Assembly: GCF_000143415.4 (NCBI RefSeq)
Contig: NW_003314276.1
Coordinates: forward strand, 319,537-383,111
Length of the DNA: 63,575 bases
DNA from: Selaginella moellendorffii
Lineage: Eukaryota > Plantae > Lycopodiophyta
Direction: 5' to 3'
Positions 25,331 to 39,041 of the stretch are shown piece by piece. Each line of letters begins with the position of its first letter. The stretch's first letter is position 1. The notes below the pieces were generated by a model that did no database searches, was not told the DNA's origin, and saw only the letters and a list, made by a program, of their open reading frames with translations. A program made the translations under genes and the position numbers.

Positions 25331-28194
25331 TTATGTAAAAGTGATTTCTAATACAGACTATTGTGATTTCAATGGCCAAAATAGAGATGTTTGCCTTGCT
25401 TAGGGATGCATCTTGTTTTGGTGAATCCTACCTACCTCTCTACATAAGCTCTTGTTTTTCCTTCTAGGAAAACAAAGAGATTAGAGCAAAGCTTAAAATC
25501 AAAGCTTTCATCACCTAAACTTCATTTTGCTTGTTGCCACCTTGAATAAGCAAAGAGTGTAGATACATAATAATCCATCCTTGCCAACAACTTTTATATT
25601 CAAGCATGAAGGGAATGGGAGTGGCTTATTAACATATGTGAGATCGACAGAAGTGACTGCCAAATGATGATGACTAAGCTTTTTATAGTGGAGTGTTGCA
25701 TTTGGATCACAAGTGTTGACCACTCCTTTTTCGAGCGCTTGTTTTGTTGTGTTGAAAACAATATCATATCACCTTTATTGAAGCTATTTTTTATTCGGGT
25801 GTCTTTAAGTGTTCTTAGAAAAATGGAAATAATTGGAATATAGCTTTGTGAAATATAGAGCTTACTATTTCTATTGGTTCATCCCTCTATAACTAGTATA
25901 GTGCTAAAAATTAGTCTAACAATTAAAAGGTTTAAAAGAGATATCTTATTGCTATATTGTTTCAAAATGTCATCCCAAAGTCCTTAATGGTGGAAAGAAA
26001 ATGAGTGGTAACCAAAGGTATGGTTATGTTGTGAAAAGTCCTGGAGGTCAATGAAACTTAGTGGATGAGCTTTTTGTGTAGTGCACCCTATCTCTCTCTT
26101 CCATTAAGCTAACTAAACAAGGAGCAAGTGCTTAATAAGAGAAGTTTTAATGGCTATTTTATACCATATATACAACAAAATTTTAAGGATTTTAAGGTGA
26201 TAATATATCTAAGTCTTATCCCATAATCACATGTGTTATACTCACACTTACTCTTTCTAAAACTTCTCTTTTTCCTACTCCTCTATCTTGGTGTGCAAGT
26301 TGACACTCTACAGAAGCATGCAAATGAAACAAAGTGATGAAACAGGCTAGCTACCTTTTCCACAAACTACTCCCTAGTGACTAGCCCAACAGTCTCTTTC
26401 TTGAATACACTGTCCAGAATCTGTGGCAGCGAGTTCCAGTAATCACCTTTGAGAGCAAAAAGTAAAAGAGAGCAAAAAAAATCACCTTCAATGTCTTAGA
26501 GCCAAATTGTAAAAGTCCACCCTGCCATTTAGCTGACTTCCTCTTGAGATCTTGGATGTGTAGTATATTGGAAGGGAAAGTTTTACTTCTCATCTTGTGC
26601 ACTACTCCCACAATAAAATTTTAGCATCTAATATGTTCAATATGAATAAGAGAGAGCATGCACCTATCTAGACAATTATAATAGTGCAAGAAATGATCAC
26701 CACAATTGCTCCAAACATGAAACCCTCAAATACCAATAGCTTTAATAACTGTTTTTTAAGAGTAAGTTACATCTAAGCCATTAATTTTATGAATCTGAGG
26801 ATAAGAGAATATTTGTCCCTTGATGCTAATAGAACTTTTAAATAAAGAAGTACTAGCAAAAGTCCTAGGTATGCTGGGAGAGTCTTGTTTATTTTTTGCT
26901 GTAATTGTAATTGTAATTTATATTATAGCTCTAATATAATATAAATATTTATAAAGTTTGAAATAAACTATATTTTAATTTTTACTTAATATTACATATT
27001 ATTAGTTTAATATTTCAATTCATTAAAACATTTTCTAGTGTATTTTTCAATAGCTTAGGGTTTCATAACTCTTAAGATGAGTTGAAATTACTAAATCATT
27101 ATAAATATTTATATATAATTTACTTTCTACAACATGATATTGTGATTTTGAAAAAGAGTACAGACTTAATATTTTTATTTAAAGGTATAAATTTAATATT
27201 TTAATAGAAAATAAAATTTTAGAATGTTTTATAAATTTATAAGTTTTGAAAATAAATAATAACCAAATAGATAAAATATAAAAATGCAGTAATTTATTCA
27301 GACTGGACTAATATGTAATACTTATCTAAATTTATGCTAATATGTAAGATAATTACAATGATATTATCATATAAATTAATCTTGACACATAAATAACAAG
27401 ACATACCCAATATAGATCCTAGTGTGCTTAGGGGAAAATGTAGGTAGTGCTAATTGAAAGTATGATAAAGTTTTGCCAAGATTAAAGGGGTCTTTTGTTT
27501 AAATGTATGAGTATGATGATTATGATGTTTTGAATATATTTTCAGAGTATCCAAAAGTTGCTCAGCATAGGAAAGACATACACTCTAAAATTCTCAAGGA
27601 TGAATTCAATACGAGTGGTAGCATGAGTGAAAATTCAGAAACCTAATATTCTATAAGAAAAATAAGCTCAAGCTTTAAAAGATCATACATGTATATATGC
27701 TCATGGTGGCAGTAGCAGGGATTTTTGTTTATTCTCTCCTATTTGACCCACCATATCTGCTATGATCTATATTATAAACTAATAGTTTATGAAACAAACT
27801 TATTTTTATATACTAAAATTTGAATAATATTACTAAGTTAAATTTACAGTAACATATTTATATTTCAGTAGTAAATAATAAAATAAAAAAAAACTAAATT
27901 TATGATTAATTAATAATTCATATATTTTTATGTTAAAAATTTATTTATTCAATTTATTATTTGGTAATATTTTCCAATACTTAGTTAATTTAAAAAGTTT
28001 TATTTGTAATTATATACTTTAAAACATTTATATTATAAAAATGAGTTTTTTTATTTCTTCAGTAATTGTATTAGTAATTACTATAAGCTTGTTGACACAA
28101 CTAAAAGTAATTTATGTGATAGAATAACTATTATTATTCATCTCATCTATTTCAATTAATGGAATTAATATTTTTTATTTTAACAAATTCATTT

Positions 28195-28362
28195 TATGAG
28201 TGAATGGAATATGGAAAGGGAATACAAAAAATGTGCATAGCAATTAGCACTAAAACCCTAACAAGAGCGAGTGGTCCAGATTGAAACTAATTTGACAGCT
28301 ATCAATATCCCAGTACGCTGATATTAATATACGGCATTGTAGCCATACACTTGGCCCTCACA
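28195..28362 (-). repeat. 3' LTR (168 bp) lacking the TATA segment
   Basis: Homologous to 41776-41951 and 45526-45700 but reads CTCTTGT-TAGGG where the 45526 LTR has CTCCTGTATATAAGCTAGGG. Confidence 0.85.
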
Positions 28363-31300
28363 TCATCCCCTCCTCTTATAATAATAGAAGACCATCATGG
28401 TTCTATTGTAGACGAGCCGAGATTTGGAGGAACGTTAGGACCTCCCTAACAGGAGCGAGTGGTCCAGATTGAAACTCATTCGACGGCTATCAAAATCCTA
28501 GTACGCTGATATTAGTATATGGCATTGTAGCCATAGTCTTGGCACTCATATCATCCCCTCATCTCATAATAATAGAAGAAAACCATGGTTCTGTTGTAGA
28601 CAGGCCGGGATTTGGAGGAATGTTAGGACCACCCTAACAAGAGTGAGTCGTCCAGATTGAAACTAATTCGATGGCTATCAAAATCAAAATACGCTGATAT
28701 TAGTATACGGTATTGTAGCCATACACTTGGCCCTCACATCATCCCCTCCTCTCATAATAATAGAAGACCATTATGGTTCTGTTGTAGACGGGCCGGGATT
28801 TTGAGGAACGTCAGGAGCACCCTAACAGGAGTGAGTGGTCCAGATTGAAACTAATTTGACGGCTATCAAAATCCTAGTACGTTGATATTAGTATACAGCA
28901 TTGTAGCCATACACTTGGCCCTGACATCATCCCCTCCTCTCATAATAATAGAAGACCATCATGGTTCTGTTGTAGACGGGCCGGGATTTGGAGGAACGTC
29001 AGGACCACCCTAATAGGACTGCGTGGTCCAGATTGAAACTAATTCGACGGCTATCAAAATCCCAGTATGCTGATATTAGTATACGGCATTGTAGCCATAC
29101 ACTTGGCCCTCACATCATCCCCTCCTCTCATAATAATAGAAGACCATCATGGTTCTGTTGTAGACGGGCCAGGATTTGGAGGAATGTCAGGACTAACCTA
29201 ATAGGATTGAGTGGTCCAGATTGAAACTAATTCGACGGCTATCAAAATCCTAGTACGCTAATATTAGTATACGGCATTGTAGCCATACACTTGGCCCTCA
29301 CATCATCCCCTCCTCTCATAATAATAGAAGACCATTGTAGTTCTGTTGTAGACGGGCCGGGATTTGGAGGAACGTGAGGACCACCCTAACAGGAGTGTGT
29401 GGTCCAGATNNNNNNNNNNNNNNNNNNNNNNNNNNNNNNNNNNNNNNNNNNNNNNNNNNNNNNNNNNNNNNNNNNNNNNNNNNNNNNNNNNNNNNNNNNN
29501 NNNNNNNNNNNNNNNNNNNNNNNNNNNNNNNNNNNNNNNNNNNNNNNNNNNNNNNNNNNNNNNNNNNNNNNNNNNNNNNNNNNNNNNNNNNNNNNNNNNN
29601 NNNNNNNNNNNNNNNNNNNNNNNNNNNNNNNNNNNNNNNNNNNNNNNNNNNNNNNNNNNNNNNNNNNNNNNNNNNNNNNNNNNNNNNNNNNNNNNNNNNN
29701 NNNNNNNNNNNNNNNNNNNNNNNNNNNNNNNNNNNNNNNNNNNNNNNNNNNNNNNNNNNNNNNNNNNNNNNNNNNNNNNNNNNNNNNNNNNNNNNNNNNN
29801 NNNNNNNNNNNNNNNNNNNNNNNNNNNNNNNNNNNNNNNNNNNNNNNNNNNNNNNNNNNNNNNNNNNNNNNNNNNNNNNNNNATAATAATAGAAGACCAT
29901 TGTAGTTCTGTTGTAGACGGGCCGGGATTTGGAGGAACGTGAGGACCACCCTAACAGGAGTGAGTGGTCCAGATTGAAACTAATTCGACGGCTATCAAAA
30001 TCCAAGTACGCTAATATTAGTATACGGCATTGTAGCCATACACTTGGCCCTCACATCATCCCCTCCTCTCATAATAATAGAAGACCATTGTAGTTCTGTT
30101 GTAGATGGGCCGAGATTTGGAGGAACGTCAGGACCACCCTAACAGGAGTGAGTCGTCCAGATTGAAACTAATTTGACAGCTATCAAAATCCAAGTACGCT
30201 GATATTAGTATACGGCATTGTAGCCATACACTTGGCCCTCACATCATCCCCTCCTCTCATAATAATAGAAGACCATCATGGTTCTGTTGTAGACGGGCCG
30301 GGATTTGGAGGAACGTTAGGACCACCCTAACAGGATTGTGTGGTTCAGATTGAAACTAATTTGATGGCTATCAAAATCCTAGTATGCTGATATTAGTATA
30401 CGTCATTGTAGCCATACACTTGGCCCTCACATCATCCCCTCCTCTCATAATAATAGAAGACCATCGTGGTTCTATTGTAGACGGGCCGAGATTTGGAGGA
30501 ACGTCAGGACCACTCTAACAGGAGTGTGTGGTTCAAATTGAAACTAATTTGATGGCTATCAAAATCCTAGTACGATGATATTAGTATACGGCATTGTAGC
30601 CATACACTTGGCCCTCACATCATCCCCTCCTCTCATAATAATAGAAGACCATCATGGTTCTGTTGTAGACGGGCCGGTATTTGGAGGAATGTCAGGACCA
30701 CTCTAACAGGATTGTGTGGTTCAGATTGAAACTAATTTGACGGCTATCAAAATCCTAGTACGCTGATATTAGTATACAGCATTGTAGCCATACACTTGGC
30801 CCTGACATCATCCCCTCCTCTCATAATAATAGAAGACCATCATGGTTCTGTTGTAGACGGGCCGGGATTTGGAGGAACGTCAGGACCACCGTAACAGGAG
30901 TGAGTCGTCCAGATTGAAACTAATTTGATGGCTATCAAAATCCTAGTATGATGATATTAGTATACGGCATTGTAGCCATACACTTGGCCCTCACATCATC
31001 CCCTCCTCTCATAATAATAGAAGACCATCATGGTTCTGTTGTAGACGGGCCGGGATTTGGAGGAACGTCAGGACCACCCTAACAGGAGTGTGTGGTTCAA
31101 ATTGAAACTAATTTGATGGCTATCAAAATCCTAGTACGATGATATTAGTATACGGCATTGTAGCCATACACTTGGCCCTCACATTATCCCCTCCTCTCAT
31201 AATAATAGAAGACCATCATGGTTCTGTTGTAGACGGGCCGGGATTTGGAGGAACGTCAGGACCACCGTAACAGGAGTGAGTCGTCCAGATTGAAACTAAT

Positions 31301-34300
31301 TTGATGGCTATCAAAATCCTAGTACGCTGATATTAGTATACGGCATTGTAGCCATACACTTGGCCCTCACATCATCCCCTCCTCTCATAATAATAAAAGA
31401 CCATCATGGTTCTGTTGTNNNNNNNNNNNNNNNNNNNNNNNNNNNNNNNNNNNNNNNNNNNNNNNNNNNNNNNNNNNNNNNNNNNNNNNNNNNNNNNNNN
31501 NNNNNNNNNNNNNNNNNNGATATTAGTATACGGCATTGTAGCCATACACTTGGCCCTCACATCATCCCCTCCTCTCATAATAATAGAAGACCATCATGGT
31601 TCTGTTGTAGACGGGCCGGTATTTGGAGGAATGTCAGGACCACTCTAACAGGATTGTGTGGTTCAGATTGAAACTAATTTGACGGCTATCAAAATCCTAG
31701 TACGATGATATTAGTATACGGCATTGTAGCCATACACTTGGCCCTGACATCATCCCCTCCTCTCATAATAATAGAAGACCATCATGGTTCTATTGTAGAT
31801 GGGCCGAGATTTGGAGGAACGTCAGGACCACCCTAACAGGAGTGAGTCGTCCAGATTGAAACTAATTCGACGGCTATCAAAATCCAAGTACGCTGATATT
31901 AGTATACGGCATTGTAGCCATACACTTGGCCCTCACATCATCCCCTCCTCTCATAATAATAGAAGACCATCATGGTTCTGTTGTAGACGGGCCGGGATTT
32001 GGAGGAACGTTAGGACCACCCTAACAGGATTGTGTCGTTCAGATTGAAACTAATTTGATGGCTATCAAAATCCTAGTATGCTGATATTAGTATACGGCAT
32101 TGTAGCCATACACTTGGCCCTCACATCATCCCCTCCTCTCATAATAATAGAAGACCATCGTGGTTTTGTTGTAGACGGGCCGGGATTTGGAGGAACGTTA
32201 GGACCACCCTAACAGGATTGTGTGGTTCAGATTGAAACTAATTTGACGGCTATCAAAATCCTAGTACGCTGATATTAGTATACAGCATTGTAACCATACA
32301 CTTGTCCCTTACATCATCCCCTCCTCTCATAATAATAGAAGACCATCATGGTTCTGTTGTAGACGGGCCGGGATTTGGAGGAACGTCAGGACCACCGTAA
32401 CAGGAGTGAGTCGTCCAAATTGAAACTAATTTGATGGCTATCAAAATCCTAGTATGATGATATTAGTATACGGCATTGTAGCCATACACTTGGCCCTCAC
32501 ATCATCCCCTCCTCTCATAATAATAAAAGACCATCATGGTTCTGTTGTAGACGGGCCGGGATTTGGAGGAACGTCAGGACCACCCTAACAGGAGTGTGTG
32601 GTTCAAATTGAAACTAATTTGATGGCTATCAAAATCCTAGTACGATGATATTAGTATACGGCATTGTAGCCATACACTTGGCCCTCACATTATCCCCTCC
32701 TCTCATAATAATAAAAGACCATCATGGTTCTGTTGTAGACGGGCCGGGATTTGGAGGAACGTCAGGACCACTCTAACAGGATTGTGTGGTTCAGATTGAA
32801 ACTAATTTGACGGCTATCAAAATCCTAGTACGATGATATTAGTATACAGCATTGTAGCCATACACTTGGCCCTGACATCATCCCCTCCTCTCATAATAAT
32901 AGAAGACCATCATGGTTCTATTGTAGATGGGCCGAGATTTGGAGGAACGTCAGGACCACCCTAACAGGAGTGAGTGGTCCAGATTGAAACTAATTCGACG
33001 GCTATCAAAATCCAAGTACGCTGATATTAGTATACGGCATTGTAGCCATACACTTGGCCCTCACATCATCCCCTCCTCTCATAATAATAGAAGACCATCA
33101 TGGTTCTGTTGTAGACGGGCCGGGATTTGGAGGAACGTTAGGACCACCCTAACAGGATTGTGTGGTTCAGATTGAAACTAATTTGATGGCTATCAAAATC
33201 CTAGTATGCTGATATTAGTATACGGCATTGTAGCCATACACTTGGCCCTCACATCATCCCCTCCTCTCATAATAATAGAAGACCATCATGGTTCTGTTGT
33301 AGACGGGCCGGGATTTGGAGGAACGTTAGGACCACCCTAACAGGATTGTGTGGTTCAGATTGAAACTAATTTGATGGCTATCAAAATCCTAGTATGCTGA
33401 TATTAGTATACGGCATTGTAGCCATACACTTGGCCCTCACATCATCCCCTCCTCTCATAATAATAGAAGACCATCATGGTTCTATTGTAGACGGGCCGAG
33501 ATTTGGAGGAACGTCAGGACCACTCTAACAGGAGTGAGTCGTCCAGATTGAAACTAATTCGACGGCTATCAAAATCCAAGTACGCTGATATTAGTATACG
33601 GCATTGTAGCCATACACTTGGCCCTCACATCATCCCCTCCTCTCATAATAATAGAAGACCATCATGGTTCTGTTGTAGACGGGCCGAGATTTGGAGGAAC
33701 GTCAGGACCACCCTAACAGGAGTGAGTCGTCCAGATTGAAACTAATTCGACGGCTATCAAAATCCAAGTACGCTGATATTAGTATACGGCATTGTAGCCA
33801 TACACTTGGCCCTCACATCATCCCCTCCTCTCATAATAATAGAAGACCATCATGGTTCTGTTGTAGACGGGCCGGGATTTGGAGGAACGTTAGGACCACC
33901 CTAACAGGATTGTGTCGTTCAGATTGAAACTAATTTGATGGCTATCAAAATCCTAGTATGCTGATATTAGTATACGGCATTGTAGCCATACACTTGGCCC
34001 TCACATCATCCCCTCCTCTCATAATAATAGAAGACCATCGTGGTTTTGTTGTAGACGGGCCGGGATTTGGAGGAACGTTAGGACCACCCTAACAGGATTG
34101 TGTGGTTCAGATTGAAACTAATTTGACGGCTATCAAAATCCTAGTACGCTGATATTAGTATACAGCATTGTAACCATACACTTGTCCCTTACATCATCCC
34201 CTCCTCTCATAATAATAGAAGACCATCATGGTTCTGTTGTAGACGGGCCGGGATTTGGAGGAACGTCAGGACCACCGTAACAGGAGTGAGTCGTCCAAAT

Positions 34301-36528
34301 TGAAACTAATTTGACGGCTATCAAAATCCTAGTATGATGATATTAGTATACGGCATTGTAGCCATACACTTGGCCCTCACATCATCCCCTCCTCTCATAA
34401 TAATAAAAGACCATCATGGTTCTGTTGTAGACGGGCCGGGATTTGGAGGAACGTCAGGACCACCCTAACAGGAGTGTGTGGTTCAAATTGAAACTAATTT
34501 GATGGCTATCAAAATCCTAGTACGATGATATTAGTATACGGCATTGTAGCCATACACTTGGCCCTCACATTATCCCCTCCTCTCATAATAATAAAAGACC
34601 ATCATGGTTCTGTTGTAGACGGGCCGGGATTTGGAGGAACGTCAGGACCACCCTAACAGGAGTGTGTGGTTCAAATTGAAACTAATTTGATGGCTATCAA
34701 AATCCTAGTACGATGATATTAGTATACGGCATTGTAGCCATACACTTGGCCCTCACATTATCCCCTCCTCTCATAATAATAGAAGACCATCATGGTTCTG
34801 TTGTAGACGGGCCGGGATTTGGAGGAACGTCAGGACCACCCTAACAGGAGTGAGTTGTGCAGATTGAAACTAATTCGACAGCTATCAAAATCCTAATACG
34901 CTGATATTAGTATATGGCATTGTAGCCATACACTTGGCCCTGACATCATCCCCTCCTCTCATAATAATAGAAGACCATCATGGTTCTATTGTAGATGGGC
35001 CGAGATTTGGAGGAACGTCAGGACCACCCTAACAGGAGTGAGTCGTCCAGATTGAAACTAATTCGACGGCTATCAAAATCCAAGTACGCTGATATTAGTA
35101 TACGGCATTGTAGCCATACACTTGGCCCTCACATCATCCCCTCCTCTCATAATAATAGAAGACCATCATGGTTCTGTTGTAGACGGGCCAGGATTTGGAG
35201 GAACGTTAGGACCACCCTAACAGGATTGTGTGGTTCAGATTGTAACTAATTTGATGGCTATCAAAATCCTAGTATGCTGATATTAGTATACGGCATTGTA
35301 GCCATACACTTGGCCCTCACATCATCCCCTCCTCTCATAATAATAGAAGACCATCGTGGTTCTATTGTAGACGGGCCGAGATTTGGAGGAACATCAGGAC
35401 CACCCTAACAGGAGTGAGTCGTCCAGATTGAAACTAATTCGACGGCTATCAAAATCCAAGTACGCTGATATTAGTATACGGCATTGTAGCCATACACTTG
35501 GCCCTCACATCATCCCCTCCTCTCATAATAATAGAAGACAATCATGATTCTGTTGTAGACAGGCCGGGATTTGGAGGAATGTTAGGACCACCTTAACAGG
35601 AGCGAGTGGTCCAGATTGAAACTAATTTGACGGCTATCAAAATCCCAATACGCTGATATTAGTATACGGCATTGTAGCCATACACTTGGCCCTCACATCA
35701 TCCCCTCCTCTCATAATAATAGAAGACCATCATGGTTCTGTTGTAGACGGGCCGGTATTTGGAGGAATGTCAGGACCACTCTAACAGGATTGTGTGGTTC
35801 AGATTGAAACTAATTTGACGGCTATCAAAATCCTAGTACGATGATATTAGTATACAGCATTGTAGCCATACACTTGGCCCTGACATCATCCCCTCCTCTC
35901 ATAATAATAGAAGACCATCATGGTTCTATTGTAGATGGGCCGAGATTTGGAGGAACGTCAGGACCACCCTAACAGGAGTGAGTCGTCCAGATTGAAACTA
36001 ATTCGACGGCTATCAAAATCCAAGTACGCTGATATTAGTATACGGCATTGTAGCCATACACTTGGCCCTCACATCATCCCCTCCTCTCATAATAATAGAA
36101 GACCATCATGGTTCTGTTGTAGACGGGCCGGGATTTGGAGGAACGTTAGGACCACCCTAACAGGATTGTGTCGTTCAGATTGAAACTAATTTGATGGCTA
36201 TCAAAATCCTAGTATGCTGATATTAGTATACGGCATTGTAGCCATACACTTGGCCCTCACATCATCCCCTCCTCTCATAATAATAGAAGACCATCGTGGT
36301 TTTGTTGTAGACGGGCCGGGATTTGGAGGAACGTTAGGACCACCCTAACAGGATTGTGTGGTTCAGATTGAAACTAATTTGACGGCTATCAAAATCCTAG
36401 TACGATGATATTATTATACGGCATTGTAGCCATACACATGGCCCTCACATCATCCCCTCCTCTCATAATAATAGAAGACCATCATGGTTCTATTGTAGAC
36501 GGGCCGGGATTTGGAGGAATGTCAAGAC
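28257..36528 (-). repeat. Tandem array of about 44 or more 188-bp units (3' internal tip + PPT + 5' part of U3)
   Basis: Period of 188 is seen directly. The unit reverse complement reads ...GAGAGGAGGGGATGA|TGTGAGGGCCAAGTGT..., matching the LTR start at 45526. Two N-gaps lie inside the array. Confidence 0.97.
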
Positions 36529-38424
36529 CATGTGTTTGAATGTCCGAATGAGCCATTCGACCAGATCGTTTGATTGTTGATGATAAGCACTTGTGAATGT
36601 GTGGTGTATCCCCAATTGAGACGTCAAAACATGAAGTGCCTCAACTATAAATATGGGACCATTATCTGAAAGAATCCACTCTGGACAAGAATGCTAGAAT
36701 ACCACTCGAATGAGGAGGAAGTATCCAACAACAATTGTAGAAGCGCTAGCAAGAGCACCAACTTCCACCCAACGAGTTAAGTAGTCAGAAGCAATAATAA
36801 CATACTCATTGCCAGTAGTCGACTGTGGAAAAGGTCCTATAAGATATAATGCCACCAACTCAAATGGACAGGAAATTGCAATTGACTCCAACCGTCCTTC
36901 CGCAGCACGAGGGGGAGTATTATAAGCTTGGTACCAAACGCAGCTATGCACATACCGGATAATATTGTGTCGCATCTCTGGCCAAGAAAAAGACTTGCGC
37001 AGCTTCTCGATTACACGATGATGTCCCATATGCCCACCTAGAGCAGGAGAATCATGGTAGGCATGGAGAAACTGTGGAATAAAGACAGAAGGCACCACCA
37101 ACGTTAAATGATCATCAGGATTTGTCCCCACAAAATAAAGAAGGCCGTCTTCAAGGCGATATTGAGAATGTCAATGCCGGAAAGGTAAGTCATCAGCAAG
37201 TGATGCAGAATCCTCAAACCCCTCTCAAAGCCTTCAAATCCACGGCTCAATCTTTTGAGCCTCATAAACCTCATCAAGAGAAGGTAGATCTTGCTTTGCG
37301 TCTTGTGGACATTGAACATCAAGTACAGCAACCGCTGACGGCATAGAATCCTCATCTAGAAAATCTACAGATGCTAGAACAACAGGTTCGTCAGAAACAT
37401 GAGAAGAGAGTGGAGAAGGAAGAAGAGCTCGAGAAAGGGCATCAACATCAGGTCTAAAACTCCCTAGGTGATGAACAACATCAAAATCATATATCTTAAG
37501 CTTTAAAGTCCACCGAGCAGTATGACCAACCAGGTCCTTCCGCTTCAATAATGAAATAACGGTAGCATGGTCACCTTCAAGTAACGTTTGAGAACCACGT
37601 AAATATACATGAAGTTTTTCGAAACCCCAGACTGCTGCTAAACACTCCTTCTCTATCGTGGAATAGTTCATCTTCGTTGGCTATAACGTATGGCTTATAT
37701 ACGCAATGGAATGGCATTGACCAAGCACACTTGAGCTTTCTTGCATCAACACTCCTCCAACACCAATGTTAGAAGCATCCACGCACAAAATAAAAGGTTG
37801 AGTGTAGTCAGGATATGCCAAAACCGGAGTAGTCATCAATAGCTCTTTGAGATCCACGAATGCCCACTCACAATCTAGAGACTAGATGAAAGATGACACT
37901 GATGACTTCAACAACGCTCGCAATGATGCAGTGCAATCCGAAAGATGATTCACAAAGTGACCGAGATATTGCACCTTGCCCAAGAAGCACTGCACATCAT
38001 TTAGACATTTCGGAGTAGGGAACTTTAGAACAGCCATAAGTTTGTTGAGATCAACTTGCAAACCTTCACGAGAAATATAGTACCCAAGATAAGTTGTGTT
38101 CTTGGACCCAAACACACACTTCAACCGCTTCAGCTTTAAACCAACGTCCCGTCTCGTAGCCGATCCAACACTTTACGAACATCACGAACATGCTCCTCCC
38201 ACGTCCCCTCTGAGTGGATCAAAACATCATCAATGAAGTTAGCAGTTAGCTCCGGCATATCACAAAGAACCTCGTCCATCATCCACTAGACAGTTTCTGG
38301 AGCATTGTTCAAACCAAATGGCATCACCAAGAATTTGTACAATCCAAGTGGCATACAAAAAGTAGTCTTAGGAATATCTTCTTCGGCCATTGGTACTTGC
38401 TAGTACCTAGAAGCAAGATCTAGC

Positions 38425-39019
38425 TGTAAGCAACCAAAGAGAACAACTTGAGAGGCGGTCCATAAGGTTCAAATATAGAGGGAAAAAGGCCCATGAATAA
38501 GAGTGCACCCCCTTTTCCAATCTGTTAAGGGTCTTTGGATATTTGGGGTTAGGTGTCCTTGGGTTTAAATAGTACTGAGATGGGTTACATCCTGGGAAGT
38601 CCAAATTCATGAGCTTACATTTGGTATTTGAGTGGTCTCAAGTTCGACTTTGTTAGTTGGCTAGGGGAATCACACCACATGATGATTGACATTTGGCTGG
38701 TTTAGTTTGCTCCCGCTGGGCTCGACCCGAGGGGTAGGGTGTCAAGAGAGCTGGGCTCTCGGGAGAGCTGTGGCTCTCAGCTTTCGTTCACGAGGGCATG
38801 AACTTGTAGGGAAGCATGGTGGATTGTAAGCAACCAAAGAGAACGACTTGAGAGACGGTCCATGAGGTTCAAATATAGAGGGAAAAGGGCCCATGAATAA
38901 GAGTGCACCCCTTTTTCCAATCAGTTAAGAGTCTTGGGATATTTGAGGTTAAACGTCCTTGGGTTTAAATAGTACTGGGCTGGGTGACCTCCTGGGAAGT
39001 CCAAATTCAGAAGCTTACA
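38425..39019 (+). mobile_element. Full-length Cassandra TRIM (595 bp)
   Basis: LTRs at 38425-38619 and 38825-39019, PBS-like TGGTATTTGAG, perfect TSD CTAGC. Inserted in the RT region. Confidence 0.93.
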
Positions 39020-39041
39020 CTAGCTTGGTAAACCAACGACT

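Noticed and set aside
28657-36183. Repeated 63-84 aa ORFs in the array
   Set aside because: They are by-products of a 188-bp period that is not a multiple of 3, are antisense to the element, and their stops vary between units.
28257-36528. CRISPR-like array
   Set aside because: There are no unique spacers. The whole 188-bp unit repeats and maps to the retroelement's PPT and LTR. No cas genes are present and the context is eukaryotic.
36495-36530. 2A-like peptide D(V/I)PPNPGP encoded on the minus strand of each array unit
   Set aside because: It lacks the conserved Glu of D(V/I)ExNPGP and is followed by a stop five codons later. Probably chance.
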